Translations under genes and position numbers: made by a program
Origin: Candidatus Elulimicrobiales bacterium
GTDB taxonomy: Bacteria; Patescibacteriota; Minisyncoccia; Phycocordibacterales; UBA5272
DNA: 64,000 nucleotides
Direction of reading: 5' to 3'
Assembly: GCA_034927475.1 (NCBI GenBank)
Contig: JAYFPW010000006.1
Span: forward strand, 9,197 to 73,196
Shown: positions 1 through 9,388 of the stretch, piece by piece
Layout of the letters: every line of letters starts with the position of its first letter
Numbering within the stretch: the stretch's first letter is position 1
Notes under the pieces: model-generated
What the model was told of the DNA's origin: nothing
What the model saw: the letters and a program-made list of their open reading frames with translations, nothing else
Databases searched by the model: none

Positions 1-935
1 ACTTTTTCATTATGATAAAGTTCAACAATATCTCTAGCTAGTTTTAATTTTAAGTCTCTTGGATTATTGTTTTTATCAGCTAAAAATTTCTCAGCATTAG
101 CCAAATCTTCATAGTTAGCATCTGTACAAAGTTTTAAATACTTAACTATTAACTCATCTTTCATAGCCATGATTTTTCCAAACATATCATCTGGATCATC
201 AACAATAGAAATAATATTTCCTTGAGAAGTGCTCATTTTTACCCCGTTTGTTCCTTCAAGCATTTCGCAAGTTAAAATATGTTGCTTTTTCATTCCATAA
301 TAATCTTGAATAATTCTTCCAGCTTTAAGATTGAAAAGTTGATCGAAACCTCCAAGTTCAACATCAGCTTTAACTTCTACAGAATCATATCCTTGCATAA
401 TCGGATACAAAAATTCACGAAGAGAAATTTCTTTTCCATCTTCAAATCTTTCTTTAAAGTTTCTTCTAGCAAGCATTTGTTGAACAGAAAAACATTCTGA
501 TAATTTAATAAGTTCAGAGAAAGTTAATTTAGAAAGCCAGTCGTTGTTATAAACAAATTCGGTTTTTGATAAATCAAGAATTTTTCCAATCTGATTTTTA
601 TAGTCTTTAAGGTTTTCATCTATTTCTTGACGTGTAAGCATTGGTCTTTTTTCACTTTTATCAGAGGCGTCTCCGATTTGAGCTGTAAAATCTCCAACAA
701 TTAAAACCACTTGATGTCCAAGCTTTTGAAACTCTCTTAATTTTCTTAAAGGAATAGCTCTTCCTAAGTGGAGTTTTGGGCCGGTTGGGTCTATACCCAA
801 TTTAATTCTTAACTCGACACCACTCATTAAATCTTTTCTTAACTCTTCTTTATCAATAATGTCTTCTACACCTCTGGATAAAATATCATTAATTTTCTCT
901 TCATCTACAATAACTTTTGTCTTTTTAATAGCCAT
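1..935 (-). CDS. tyrS: Tyrosyl-tRNA synthetase, archaeal/eukaryal-type (C-terminus runs off window start)
   Basis: Reverse-strand translation from ATG at 935 gives MAIKKTK...GIDPTGPKLHLGRAIP (HIGH-type motif) and KMSTSQGNIISIVDDPDD (KMSKS-type motif). Overall it is collinear with short archaeal-type TyrRS (e.g. M. jannaschii). The frame is open to position 1. Confidence 0.7.
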   Translation of the reverse strand, partial: MAIKKTKVIVDEEKINDILSRGVEDIIDKEELRKDLMSGVELRIKLGIDPTGPKLHLGRAIPLRKLREFQKLGHQVVLIVGDFTAQIGDASDKSEKRPMLTRQEIDENLKDYKNQIGKILDLSKTEFVYNNDWLSKLTFSELIKLSECFSVQQMLARRNFKERFEDGKEISLREFLYPIMQGYDSVEVKADVELGGFDQLFNLKAGRIIQDYYGMKKQHILTCEMLEGTNGVKMSTSQGNIISIVDDPDDMFGKIMAMKDELIVKYLKLCTDANYEDLANAEKFLADKNNNPRDLKLKLARDIVELYHNEK

Positions 936-983
936 AAAATTATAATTATTTATCAAGTATAACATAAAGAACCTTTTTGAAAA

Positions 984-3368
984 ATGATTATTTTTGATCT
1001 GTGTGATAAAATATATTTACTTAACAATCGTTTATTATCAAGTATGAAAAATTATAAAAGCACAAAAAACTATGTCAGAGAAGAAGAGGACACTTCTCTG
1101 TTTTCCGAAGAAGATCCATTTTCTTTTTCAAGAAAAAAGAAAAAGAAAATAAACACAAACTCAAAAAAGAGGAAAAAAATGATTCATCGTTGGGTAAAGA
1201 ATCTATTTTTTATTTTTATCTCACTCTTATTGATTGGTATAACAGCTATAGCTATATACATATCTACTGTAAATATTCCAGATTTTTCTAATTTTGCAAA
1301 CAGAAAAATTGATAACTCCACTCAAATCTATGATAAAACTGGAAAAATTTTACTTTACGATGTTCATGGTGAAGTAAAAAGAACCCAAGTTTCTTCTGCT
1401 GAAATTTCTAAATTTTCTAAAGATGCTACTGTTGCTATTGAGGACAAATACTTTTATGAACATAAAGGTGTAAGACCAACCTCAATTATAAGAGCGATGA
1501 TAGCTAACTTGAAAGCTGGATCTTTTGTACAAGGAGGTTCAACAATCGATCAACAAGTTATAAAAAACGCTCTTTTAACTAGAGAAAAAAGTATTATTCG
1601 TAAAATCACAGAGTGGGCAATGGCTATTAAATTAGACTCTCAGGTCTCTAAAGATGATATTTTAACTATTTATTTGAATGATGCTGCTTTTGGGGGAACA
1701 ATTTATGGTATTCAAACGGCTTCAAAATTCTTTTTTAATAAAGACGCAAAAGATATAACTTTAGCTGAAGCTGCTTATTTAGCAGCCTTACCAAACGCTC
1801 CTTCTTACTATTCTCCTTACGGAACTCATATTGATGAACTAGAAGAAAGAAAAAACTTGATTCTAAAACTAATGCTTGAACAAGAAAAAATTAACGAACA
1901 GCAATACAATGAAGCAAAATCTGAAAAAGTTATTTGGCAAAAAAATAGTGAGAATGGAAAAGCTATGCATTTTGTATTTTATGTAAGAGATTATCTTGAA
2001 AAAAAATATGGAAAAGATGTGGTTGATAAAGGTGGTTTGAAAGTTGTGACCACTCTTGATTATGAATTACAATCTCAAGGAGAAACTATTGTTAATAAAT
2101 ACGCTTTAGAGAACGCTCAAAAATATCACGCAACAAACGCAGCTTTAGTAGCTATCGATCCTAGAACAGGGCAGATTTTGACAATGGTGGGCTCTAGAGA
2201 TTATTTTGAAGTTGATGCAATTCCTGGAAACTTTAATGTTGCTACAGCTCCAAGACAACCTGGCTCCGCTTTTAAACCTATTGTGTATGCTACCGCCTTT
2301 ATGGAAGGATACACACCGGAGACTGTACTTTTTGATGTTCCAACACAATTTAGTACAACCTGTTCTTATGACGGAACTCCTCTTCCAGGATATTCTGCAA
2401 ATAGTTGTTATACTCCTAGCAACTACGACGGTTCTTTTAGAGGTCCGGTTACTATGAGAGAAGCTTTGGCTCAGTCTTTAAATATTCCAGCAGTTAAAGC
2501 TTTATATTTGGTTGGTGTAAAAAATGCTATTTCTACAGCTCAAAAACTTGGTATTACCAGTTTAAACACAAACGGTGATTATGGTCTTTCTTTGGTGCTT
2601 GGTTCTGGAGAAACTTCCCTTTTACAACTAACCAATGCTTATGGGGTTTTTGCAAATGGAGGAATTTATAATCCCCCAGCTTTTATATTGTCTATTACAG
2701 ATCTTGATGGTAATGTTCTTGAAGAATATAAACAAAATAATGCTAGTGTAATACCTAGTTTTGTAGCTAGTTATATAAACAGTGTTCTTTCTGATAATAA
2801 TGCTCGCGCTCCACTTTATGGATACAGTTCAGGGTTGTATTTTCCAGGTAAGGCTGTAGCTGCAAAAACAGGTACTACAAACGAATATAGAGATACTTGG
2901 ACTATTGGATACTCTCCCTCTGTTGTGGTCGGTGTCTGGGCAGGAAATAATGACAACAGCAGAATTAATAAAGGAATGTCTGGAATGGTGGCTGTACCTA
3001 TGTGGAATGAGTTTATGCGCTATGCTGTAAAAGACGAAACAGCTTCTTCTTTTAAAGATGGCTATCAGCCAGCTGATTTAGCTATTAAAAATACAAACCC
3101 TCCAACCAAAGGACTTTATTGTTATACTGAAAATGGTTTAAATTATAGTTACTCTATTCTAAATCAAAATGACTCTCAGTATGAACTCTGGAAAATTCCT
3201 TCAGATTTATGGATGCAAAGTACTTTTTGCCCATTTACAAACACAATGAATGGTACAAGCACAGACCCGAATTCATCTTCTACCGAAATAGTTATCCTGG
3301 TACAAGATCCGAACAACCCAACCGTTCCTCCTGTTATCATACCAACCACAACTCTTCAAACTAACTAG
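984..3368 (+). CDS. Class A penicillin-binding protein (bifunctional glycosyltransferase/transpeptidase, PBP1A-like)
   Basis: GT51 motifs (GGSTIDQQV, RKITEWAMA), transpeptidase SxxK (GSAFKP), KTGT (AAKTGTT), and an N-terminal TM helix. A likely alternative start is ATG 1179 (MIHRW...) preceded by an AAGAGGA RBS. The 65 aa upstream of it are a K-rich basic tail. Confidence 0.85.
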   Translation: MIIFDLCDKIYLLNNRLLSSMKNYKSTKNYVREEEDTSLFSEEDPFSFSRKKKKKINTNSKKRKKMIHRWVKNLFFIFISLLLIGITAIAIYISTVNIPDFSNFANRKIDNSTQIYDKTGKILLYDVHGEVKRTQVSSAEISKFSKDATVAIEDKYFYEHKGVRPTSIIRAMIANLKAGSFVQGGSTIDQQVIKNALLTREKSIIRKITEWAMAIKLDSQVSKDDILTIYLNDAAFGGTIYGIQTASKFFFNKDAKDITLAEAAYLAALPNAPSYYSPYGTHIDELEERKNLILKLMLEQEKINEQQYNEAKSEKVIWQKNSENGKAMHFVFYVRDYLEKKYGKDVVDKGGLKVVTTLDYELQSQGETIVNKYALENAQKYHATNAALVAIDPRTGQILTMVGSRDYFEVDAIPGNFNVATAPRQPGSAFKPIVYATAFMEGYTPETVLFDVPTQFSTTCSYDGTPLPGYSANSCYTPSNYDGSFRGPVTMREALAQSLNIPAVKALYLVGVKNAISTAQKLGITSLNTNGDYGLSLVLGSGETSLLQLTNAYGVFANGGIYNPPAFILSITDLDGNVLEEYKQNNASVIPSFVASYINSVLSDNNARAPLYGYSSGLYFPGKAVAAKTGTTNEYRDTWTIGYSPSVVVGVWAGNNDNSRINKGMSGMVAVPMWNEFMRYAVKDETASSFKDGYQPADLAIKNTNPPTKGLYCYTENGLNYSYSILNQNDSQYELWKIPSDLWMQSTFCPFTNTMNGTSTDPNSSSTEIVILVQDPNNPTVPPVIIPTTTLQTN

Positions 3369-3628
3369 TTTAAATCAAAACCGGTTCTATCTTTAATAAT
3401 AGAAGATATATTATCTTCTATTATTTTATTTTGCAAAGCGTATCTTAAGCTAGATTTAAGATTAGTTATTTTTACTATTTTATTTTTTGTGTTTATTTTT
3501 AAATTTTTTGGTTCTAATTTTAAATTTGTATTTTCTTTTATTATATATATAAGTTGATTTTCAATATCTTTTTTTGAGACTAAATTATTTTTATATTTGG
3601 AAAATAAGTTTTGAATATTATTAATCAT
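3365..3628 (-). CDS. Small hypothetical protein downstream of dnaN (low-complexity, K/N-rich)
   Basis: 87-aa ORF immediately 3' of dnaN on the same strand. No recognisable motif. Confidence 0.25.
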   Translation of the reverse strand: MINNIQNLFSKYKNNLVSKKDIENQLIYIIKENTNLKLEPKNLKINTKNKIVKITNLKSSLRYALQNKIIEDNISSIIKDRTGFDLN

Positions 3629-3630
3629 AA

Positions 3631-4752
3631 TTACTTATTAAGAGGCATTAAAAGGTATGTAAAACTTTCATCTTTTGCGTCTTTTATAAACATTGGCCTA
3701 TTTCCTTGTGTAAAAAGTAATTCTACTTCGTCACTTACAATATGAGAAATACCGTCTAAGAAATAATTACTGTTATAGCTAGCTAAAATATTTTCACCAG
3801 TCATTTCGTTTGGAACAATATCTTTATCCAAAGCTCCAATTTTGTCATTTTTAGACTTTGTTTTAATAACTTTCTCTTCAGTGTTTATATCAAAATCTAC
3901 ATAAGAATAATTATTAACAAAAATAGTAGATAAATTAAGGGTGTTTCTTAATTCTTGCTTATCAACTTTAATTTTTGTAGTCCATTCTTTAGGAAAGAGT
4001 TGTTTATAATCTGGAAAATTTCCGTTGATTGATCTAATAGATAAAGTTGTATTGTTATTTTGAATGGTTAAAATATTTTCACTGTTATAGATCTCTATTT
4101 CACTTTCTTCTTCCTCATTTTCTTCTTGTAAACTTTCAAGAATAGAAACTTTTTCATTAATATTTTTCTGTGAAATTAAAATATTAATATCTTCACTATT
4201 ATTAAAAACTATTTTCTTCTCTGCTAACCTAAAAGAGTCAGTTGCTACAGAAAAAAGTTCTTCATTTTTAGAGTATAAATAAACCGATGAAATCTCTGGT
4301 TTAATTTCAGAAGTAGAAGCGCAAAAAGAAACTGATTTTATAAGGTTTATATAAGTTTTTAAATTAATATTTGTTAAATAATTTCCAGAATTAGGCATTT
4401 TTGGAAAGTCTTCTAGTTTAGTAGTTTTAAGTTGAACTTTATTTTTTAAATATAAAATATTAAAAACGTCATCAACTAGTTCACAAGTAATATTGGTATC
4501 AATATTTGAAAAATAATTTGAAATTTTTGTTAAAACATCTCCATTAATTAAACACTCTCCATTTACAACACCTTTCATAGGAATAGTTTTTTCACAAGTA
4601 AGTTCAAGGTTTGTAGCACGCATAGTCAAACTGTTATTTTCACTTTTAATATAAATATTATTTAAATAAGAGTTTAAAGTACTTTTATTTCTAGCTTTAC
4701 TAACTTGATTAATAATTTTAAAAAGTTTAATGGAGTTGATTTCAAATTTCAT
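3631..4752 (-). CDS. dnaN: DNA polymerase III beta sliding clamp
   Basis: 373 aa. N-terminus is MKFEINSIKLFKIINQVSKA...ATNLELT (typical DnaN). It has a three-domain length and sits directly downstream of dnaA. Confidence 0.85.
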   Translation of the reverse strand: MKFEINSIKLFKIINQVSKARNKSTLNSYLNNIYIKSENNSLTMRATNLELTCEKTIPMKGVVNGECLINGDVLTKISNYFSNIDTNITCELVDDVFNILYLKNKVQLKTTKLEDFPKMPNSGNYLTNINLKTYINLIKSVSFCASTSEIKPEISSVYLYSKNEELFSVATDSFRLAEKKIVFNNSEDINILISQKNINEKVSILESLQEENEEEESEIEIYNSENILTIQNNNTTLSIRSINGNFPDYKQLFPKEWTTKIKVDKQELRNTLNLSTIFVNNYSYVDFDINTEEKVIKTKSKNDKIGALDKDIVPNEMTGENILASYNSNYFLDGISHIVSDEVELLFTQGNRPMFIKDAKDESFTYLLMPLNK

Positions 4753-5089
4753 ATTTTTATAAATTAATTATATAGGATTTTTTTAAATATCAAAACTTAA
4801 AAAGTTATTCAGGTTTTAGTTTTTTATTTTTATATATCAAATACTTAATATAATTAATTTATGTTGATAAAGTTGAAAACTCTAAAACAATATTGTATTT
4901 AAATGCTAAATTCTTAATTTAAAAAACTAAAAGCGTGGAAGATGAACAAGTAAAACCTGAAATACATTTTACAGAAAATAGTATCTGTTTTAGAATAATA
5001 AAAAAAGTAAAAAGTTATCCTAAAGTTTTACACAAATATTTTTCAAATTTAAAGAGTGTTATCTAAACAATTCACAAGTTATAAACAGG
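4753..5089. other. AT-rich dnaA-dnaN intergenic region (candidate oriC/DUE component)
   Basis: 337 bp, >80% A+T, between dnaA and dnaN. It contains only degenerate DnaA-box-like 9-mers (TTATCCTAA, TTATCTAAA, TTATAAACA). Assigned by position, not by a strong motif. Confidence 0.35.
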
Positions 5090-6436
5090 TTATTTTAGAA
5101 TGTTATAAATTTCTTCTATTTCTTTATTTAAATAAGGATCCTCTTTTCTTTCTTTTTTAATTTTTTCGTAAGAGTGAATTACAGTGGTATGATCTTTTCC
5201 TCCAAGCTTTTCCCCTATTGTTGGATAAGAAACATCGAAATATTCTCTTAAAATATACATAATTACTTGTCTAGGTTTAACAATATCTTTTCTTCTAGTT
5301 TTATTGTAAATAAAAGAAGCGTGAATATTGTAGTATTCAGAAACAATTTTTACCACCTCAGAAATAGAAACTGATTTTTTAGAACGAACATTATTTTTAA
5401 TAAGATTTTTAATACTTTGTAAAGTAACTTTTTGATCAAAAAGTTCTATTTGAGCTTGTATAAAGTTGATAATTCCTTCTAACTCTCTAATGTTTCCGCT
5501 AATATTTTCAGCCACATATTCTATAACCCCTTCTTCTACTTTTTCTCTATTTTTAATTTTAGATCTTAGAATATTAATTCTAGATTCATAATCCGGAACC
5601 CCAATATCCACAATCATTCCTTGATTAAAACGAGATTTAAGTCTGTCTTCTAGTCCCACAATAAAGTTTGGATGTTTATCAGAAGAGAAGATAATTTGTT
5701 TATTATCATTATGAAGACTGTTAAATAAATGAAAGAGTTCGTCTTGAGTTTTTTCTTTCCCATTAATAAATTGAATATCATCCATTATAAAAACGTCGTA
5801 TTTTTTATACTTTTCTTTAAAATTATTAATTTTTTGACTATTTATAGCGGAAACAAATTCTAAATAATATTTTTCAAGAGAAGTATAAAAGACTTTTTTA
5901 TCAGGATAGTTATTTTTGACAGTGTTTCCGATAGCCTGAATTAAGTGTGTTTTTCCTAGGCCTGTATTTCCATAAATAAATAAAGGGTTATAAACAATAC
6001 CAGGGTTTTTTATAATAGCCTGAGAAGCTGCATGAGCTAATTCATTAAAACTTCCAACAACAAAGTTGTTAAAAGTGTATTTTTGATTTAAGCCGTCATC
6101 TTTGTTTATGTAAAGATCTTGAAGAGGAAGAGAACTGGTTGGCTCTATAATCTTGTTTTTCGCTTGCACAGCCTTCTTTTGAAGGGTTTCTAATTTTACA
6201 GTATGAAAATCTACCCCTCTCACATCTTCATGTATTTCTCTTAAAACTCTTAATATAAATTTATGATGTTTTTGAAGAAGCCACTCTTTAACAAAATCAT
6301 TTGGAACCCCTATTATTACAATACCGTCTTTATAATTAATAATTTGAGTGTTTCTAAACCAAGTGTTGAAATTTACACGTGACAATTCTAATTCTATTCT
6401 CGATAATGCCATGTCCCAAATTTGCTTGTAATCCAT
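5090..6436 (-). CDS. dnaA: Chromosomal replication initiator protein DnaA
   Basis: Walker A GNTGLGKTHL, AAA+ core, and a C-terminal DNA-binding domain (VSYPTIGEKLGGKDHTTVIHSYEKI). Confidence 0.95.
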   Translation of the reverse strand: MDYKQIWDMALSRIELELSRVNFNTWFRNTQIINYKDGIVIIGVPNDFVKEWLLQKHHKFILRVLREIHEDVRGVDFHTVKLETLQKKAVQAKNKIIEPTSSLPLQDLYINKDDGLNQKYTFNNFVVGSFNELAHAASQAIIKNPGIVYNPLFIYGNTGLGKTHLIQAIGNTVKNNYPDKKVFYTSLEKYYLEFVSAINSQKINNFKEKYKKYDVFIMDDIQFINGKEKTQDELFHLFNSLHNDNKQIIFSSDKHPNFIVGLEDRLKSRFNQGMIVDIGVPDYESRINILRSKIKNREKVEEGVIEYVAENISGNIRELEGIINFIQAQIELFDQKVTLQSIKNLIKNNVRSKKSVSISEVVKIVSEYYNIHASFIYNKTRRKDIVKPRQVIMYILREYFDVSYPTIGEKLGGKDHTTVIHSYEKIKKERKEDPYLNKEIEEIYNILK

Positions 6437-6588
6437 AATGTTTTGTTTCTAGAATAATTAAGAAATGAAGTTATTTTTTATTATACAAAAGTTTAGAAAA
6501 ATAAACAAACAAAAAAGATTAAAAATAATAAAAACTTGTTTTTTAGAGAGTTTTATTGTATATTATACGAAATTAATTAAATAAATTT

Positions 6589-6819
6589 ATGGCATCAGGT
6601 GGAGTAACTTATAAACCAAAAAACAAAAAAAGATATACAACTCACGGTTTTCTTTCAAGAATGGAAACTGAAGGAGGAAAAAAGGTTATTAAGAACAGAA
6701 GAAGAAAAGGAAGAGTAAAACTTTCTGTTTCAGAAGAAAAGAAATTTTTAGTAAAAAGAATGAATACTGTTAAATCAAGTAAAGCTTCTGCTCTTAAAAA
6801 ATCAAACAAAAAGAAATAA
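6589..6819 (+). CDS. rpmH: 50S ribosomal protein L34 with ~30 aa lysine-rich C-terminal extension
   Basis: The first ~45 aa match the L34 consensus ([40 protein letters not shown]). The ORF continues to 76 aa. It lies upstream of rnpA. Confidence 0.85.
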   Translation: MASGGVTYKPKNKKRYTTHGFLSRMETEGGKKVIKNRRRKGRVKLSVSEEKKFLVKRMNTVKSSKASALKKSNKKK

Positions 6820-6828
6820 TTTATTTAA

Positions 6829-7194
6829 ATGTTAAAGAAATTATATAAATTAACATCTTTAGAAATAAAAAGTCTTTTTACAAAAGATACACCTAACAAA
6901 GTAGTTCGAGGTGTATTTTTTGATATAAAATACGTCTCTAAGAAAGAAGAAAGTAGTAAAGAAAATTTTAAGTTTGCAATAGTTCTTTCTCAAAAAAACT
7001 TTAAAAAAGCGGTAGAAAGAAATAAAATTAGAAGACAAATTTTTTCTATTTTAGAAAATTATTTAAAACAACAAAATTTAAAAAAAGAAGCAAATATTTA
7101 TTTTTTAATATATCCAAAAAAAGAAATACGAAAATTAAAGTTTCTTGATTTAAAGAAAGAAGTGTATAATGTTTTAGATAAAATAATCAAATAA
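6829..7194 (+). CDS. rnpA: RNase P protein component
   Basis: 121 aa with the KAVERNKIRRQI motif typical of RnpA. It is in the rpmH-rnpA-yidC context. Confidence 0.85.
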   Translation: MLKKLYKLTSLEIKSLFTKDTPNKVVRGVFFDIKYVSKKEESSKENFKFAIVLSQKNFKKAVERNKIRRQIFSILENYLKQQNLKKEANIYFLIYPKKEIRKLKFLDLKKEVYNVLDKIIK

Positions 7195-7210
7195 TACTTA
7201 ATAAATTTTT

Positions 7211-7966
7211 ATGTTTAACACATTTTTTTTAGCACCGGTTTATAATGTTGTGGTTTTCTTTTTAAACCTTTTTCCTTCTCACGATATAGGTGTGGCTATT
7301 ATTCTTACAACAATCGCAATTAAGATCATTCTGTTGAAATTAAATCTGTCCTCTCAAAGAAGTGCATATTTAATTAAAGATGCACAAACAGAACTTGCTG
7401 AAATTAAAAAGAAATATGAAGGTGATAGTAAAAAAATAGCCGAAGAAACAATGAGGATTTATAAAGAGAAAAAAATTAAACCTTTTTCTAGTATTTTGGT
7501 TGTTTTAATACAGATTCCAATATTTTTCGCTTTGTTTTATGTTTTTAGAGATGGTGGTGTAACTTTAAGACCTGATTTAATATATTCTTTTAATAATTTC
7601 CCTGAAACAGTAAAAAATTTAGCTTTTGGTTTTATGAATTTGTCCCAAAAATATATTTGGGTAGGAGTTTTGACTGGAATCACAATGTTTATTCTTTCCA
7701 AAAGACAAAGTTTAGGATTAGCAAAAACAAAGGATGATAAAAAGACAACAAATAAAAAAGAAGATTTCCAAGCCGTCTTTTCTAAAACAATGCAAATGCA
7801 AATGACTTATTTCTTGCCAGTAATTTCTGGAATATCTGCAGCAGTACTCCCTTCTGCTATTGGGGTTTATTGGACAACAAATAATATACTCTCTCTCTTT
7901 CAAGATATTTATATAAAAAGAAAATTAAAAAAAGAAGGAGAAGCAAAAAGAATAGAAAACAAATAA
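7211..7966 (+). CDS. yidC: Membrane protein insertase YidC/Oxa1 (short form)
   Basis: 251 aa, multi-TM, with a K-rich C-terminal tail. Position is conserved after rnpA. Confidence 0.85.
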   Translation: MFNTFFLAPVYNVVVFFLNLFPSHDIGVAIILTTIAIKIILLKLNLSSQRSAYLIKDAQTELAEIKKKYEGDSKKIAEETMRIYKEKKIKPFSSILVVLIQIPIFFALFYVFRDGGVTLRPDLIYSFNNFPETVKNLAFGFMNLSQKYIWVGVLTGITMFILSKRQSLGLAKTKDDKKTTNKKEDFQAVFSKTMQMQMTYFLPVISGISAAVLPSAIGVYWTTNNILSLFQDIYIKRKLKKEGEAKRIENK

Positions 7967-7968
7967 CA

Positions 7969-9384
7969 TTAATCTCCTCCAGAATATAATATATTATCTA
8001 TGTTTAAAGTCCAAAGAGAACCGTCATTTTTATTTATAAAACCAAGATGGGATTTATAGGAGTTTATATTTAAATTTTTAGCATCAATAATATCTTCAAC
8101 TTGACCGTCTTTTTTAATATCAAACAAAAGTTTTCCATTTGGATAATCACTACTCATTACATAGAAATTGTCTTCCCAAGTGGTCATACCTTGATACCAA
8201 GCATCAGGTAAACCAGTATCATAGTTAATAATTTCTTTTGGTACAGAGCAAATTAAAAGTTGACCATTTGAGGCATTATTTTGTACACATTTATTAGCTA
8301 AAGTTGTGAAATTTAATGAAACTAAATCGTTGTCAGTGAAAGGTGTACTATTAAAGGTTGTGTTTTTATAAAGCTTTATCCCGGAGCCTGTAAAAATAGA
8401 TGTCAATAAATTATTGTTTTCTATTAAAAAGAACATTCCATTATGGTCTCCGTAAAGTTGAGAAAGGTCACCTAAAATATTTTTATGGATATTTACTTTA
8501 TAGAGCGTGTTATTTTCATATGCTGTATCAGTTGTTTGAGCAAAAAGATCACCAATATTAGAAAGAATTAATTTCCAAGAAGAAAGATCGGAGCTATAAA
8601 CTCTTCTACCATAAGAGTCATTTACGTCTTCTAATAAATACCAGTCTGTATAAGTATCGTCCTTTCCGCCAGTTTTTTTATTTTTTTGAACTATATAAGC
8701 TAAACGTGTATTGTTTTGAGAAGTTGTAATATTTTTTATATTATCCGGAAGAGTTGAAGAGTTCATTAAATTCGCAGTAGAGCCATAATATGTAGGTATT
8801 GTAGCACTCACAGTTTTTATTGTATTATCAGCATTTAAATATTGGAAAAATACTCTATTTTTATAACCTCCTTTTTCATTCATAAAGTAAGCTTTTACTG
8901 TATTTGGAAAAGGGGTAATCGTTACTTGATATGGACTAGAAGTTGGAGCAAGTAAATCTTTTTCATAAACAAAACCAGTTTCACTATCAACAAATTGCAG
9001 AATAGTTTTTGTAGAAGTGGCGTCTTGCTCGATACCGTCGATATCGATATATTTATAAGTAAACAGCTTATCATAAAAATTGTACCCAGCCACAGGTTTA
9101 TCCCAAATTTTTATTAAACCCTCAAAATAATAATCATGAGCAATATTTTCATCAAGATTGTTTCCGTCTGTGTCATCCCCCTTATTGTCACCAGTAAAAA
9201 AACTCAAAAGATTTTTAAAATTAAAAGCTGGTTTACCAGATAAGTCTTGCATGTTTTGAGAAGAATTTGTTTTATTTCTTAAAAAAAGAAAATAAAATAG
9301 TGAACCAAAAACGAAGATAGCAATAATAACGATAACTATTTCTTTTTTATATTTTTTAAAAAATGATTGTTTTTTAGGTTCCAT
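7969..9384 (-). CDS. Membrane-anchored extracellular protein (last gene of T4SS-like operon)
   Basis: 471 aa. It has an N-terminal TM (IVIVIIAIFVFGSLFYFLFL) followed by a large N/T/S-rich ectodomain. It is 4 bp from the upstream gene. Confidence 0.5.
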   Translation of the reverse strand: MEPKKQSFFKKYKKEIVIVIIAIFVFGSLFYFLFLRNKTNSSQNMQDLSGKPAFNFKNLLSFFTGDNKGDDTDGNNLDENIAHDYYFEGLIKIWDKPVAGYNFYDKLFTYKYIDIDGIEQDATSTKTILQFVDSETGFVYEKDLLAPTSSPYQVTITPFPNTVKAYFMNEKGGYKNRVFFQYLNADNTIKTVSATIPTYYGSTANLMNSSTLPDNIKNITTSQNNTRLAYIVQKNKKTGGKDDTYTDWYLLEDVNDSYGRRVYSSDLSSWKLILSNIGDLFAQTTDTAYENNTLYKVNIHKNILGDLSQLYGDHNGMFFLIENNNLLTSIFTGSGIKLYKNTTFNSTPFTDNDLVSLNFTTLANKCVQNNASNGQLLICSVPKEIINYDTGLPDAWYQGMTTWEDNFYVMSSDYPNGKLLFDIKKDGQVEDIIDAKNLNINSYKSHLGFINKNDGSLWTLNIDNILYSGGD

Positions 9385-9388
9385 AAGG

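Noticed and set aside
279-500. 73-aa plus-strand ORF
   Set aside because: Lies antisense inside the tyrS coding region and is low-complexity. Treated as a spurious shadow ORF.
2145-2457. Two small ORFs (minus 67 aa, plus 83 aa) inside the PBP gene
   Set aside because: Entirely overlapped by the well-supported PBP1A reading frame. Alternative-frame shadows.
6437-6588. Expected DnaA-box cluster in the rpmH-dnaA spacer
   Set aside because: Searched by eye on both strands and found no 9-mer within one mismatch of TTATCCACA. Reported as a finding (absence) rather than a feature.
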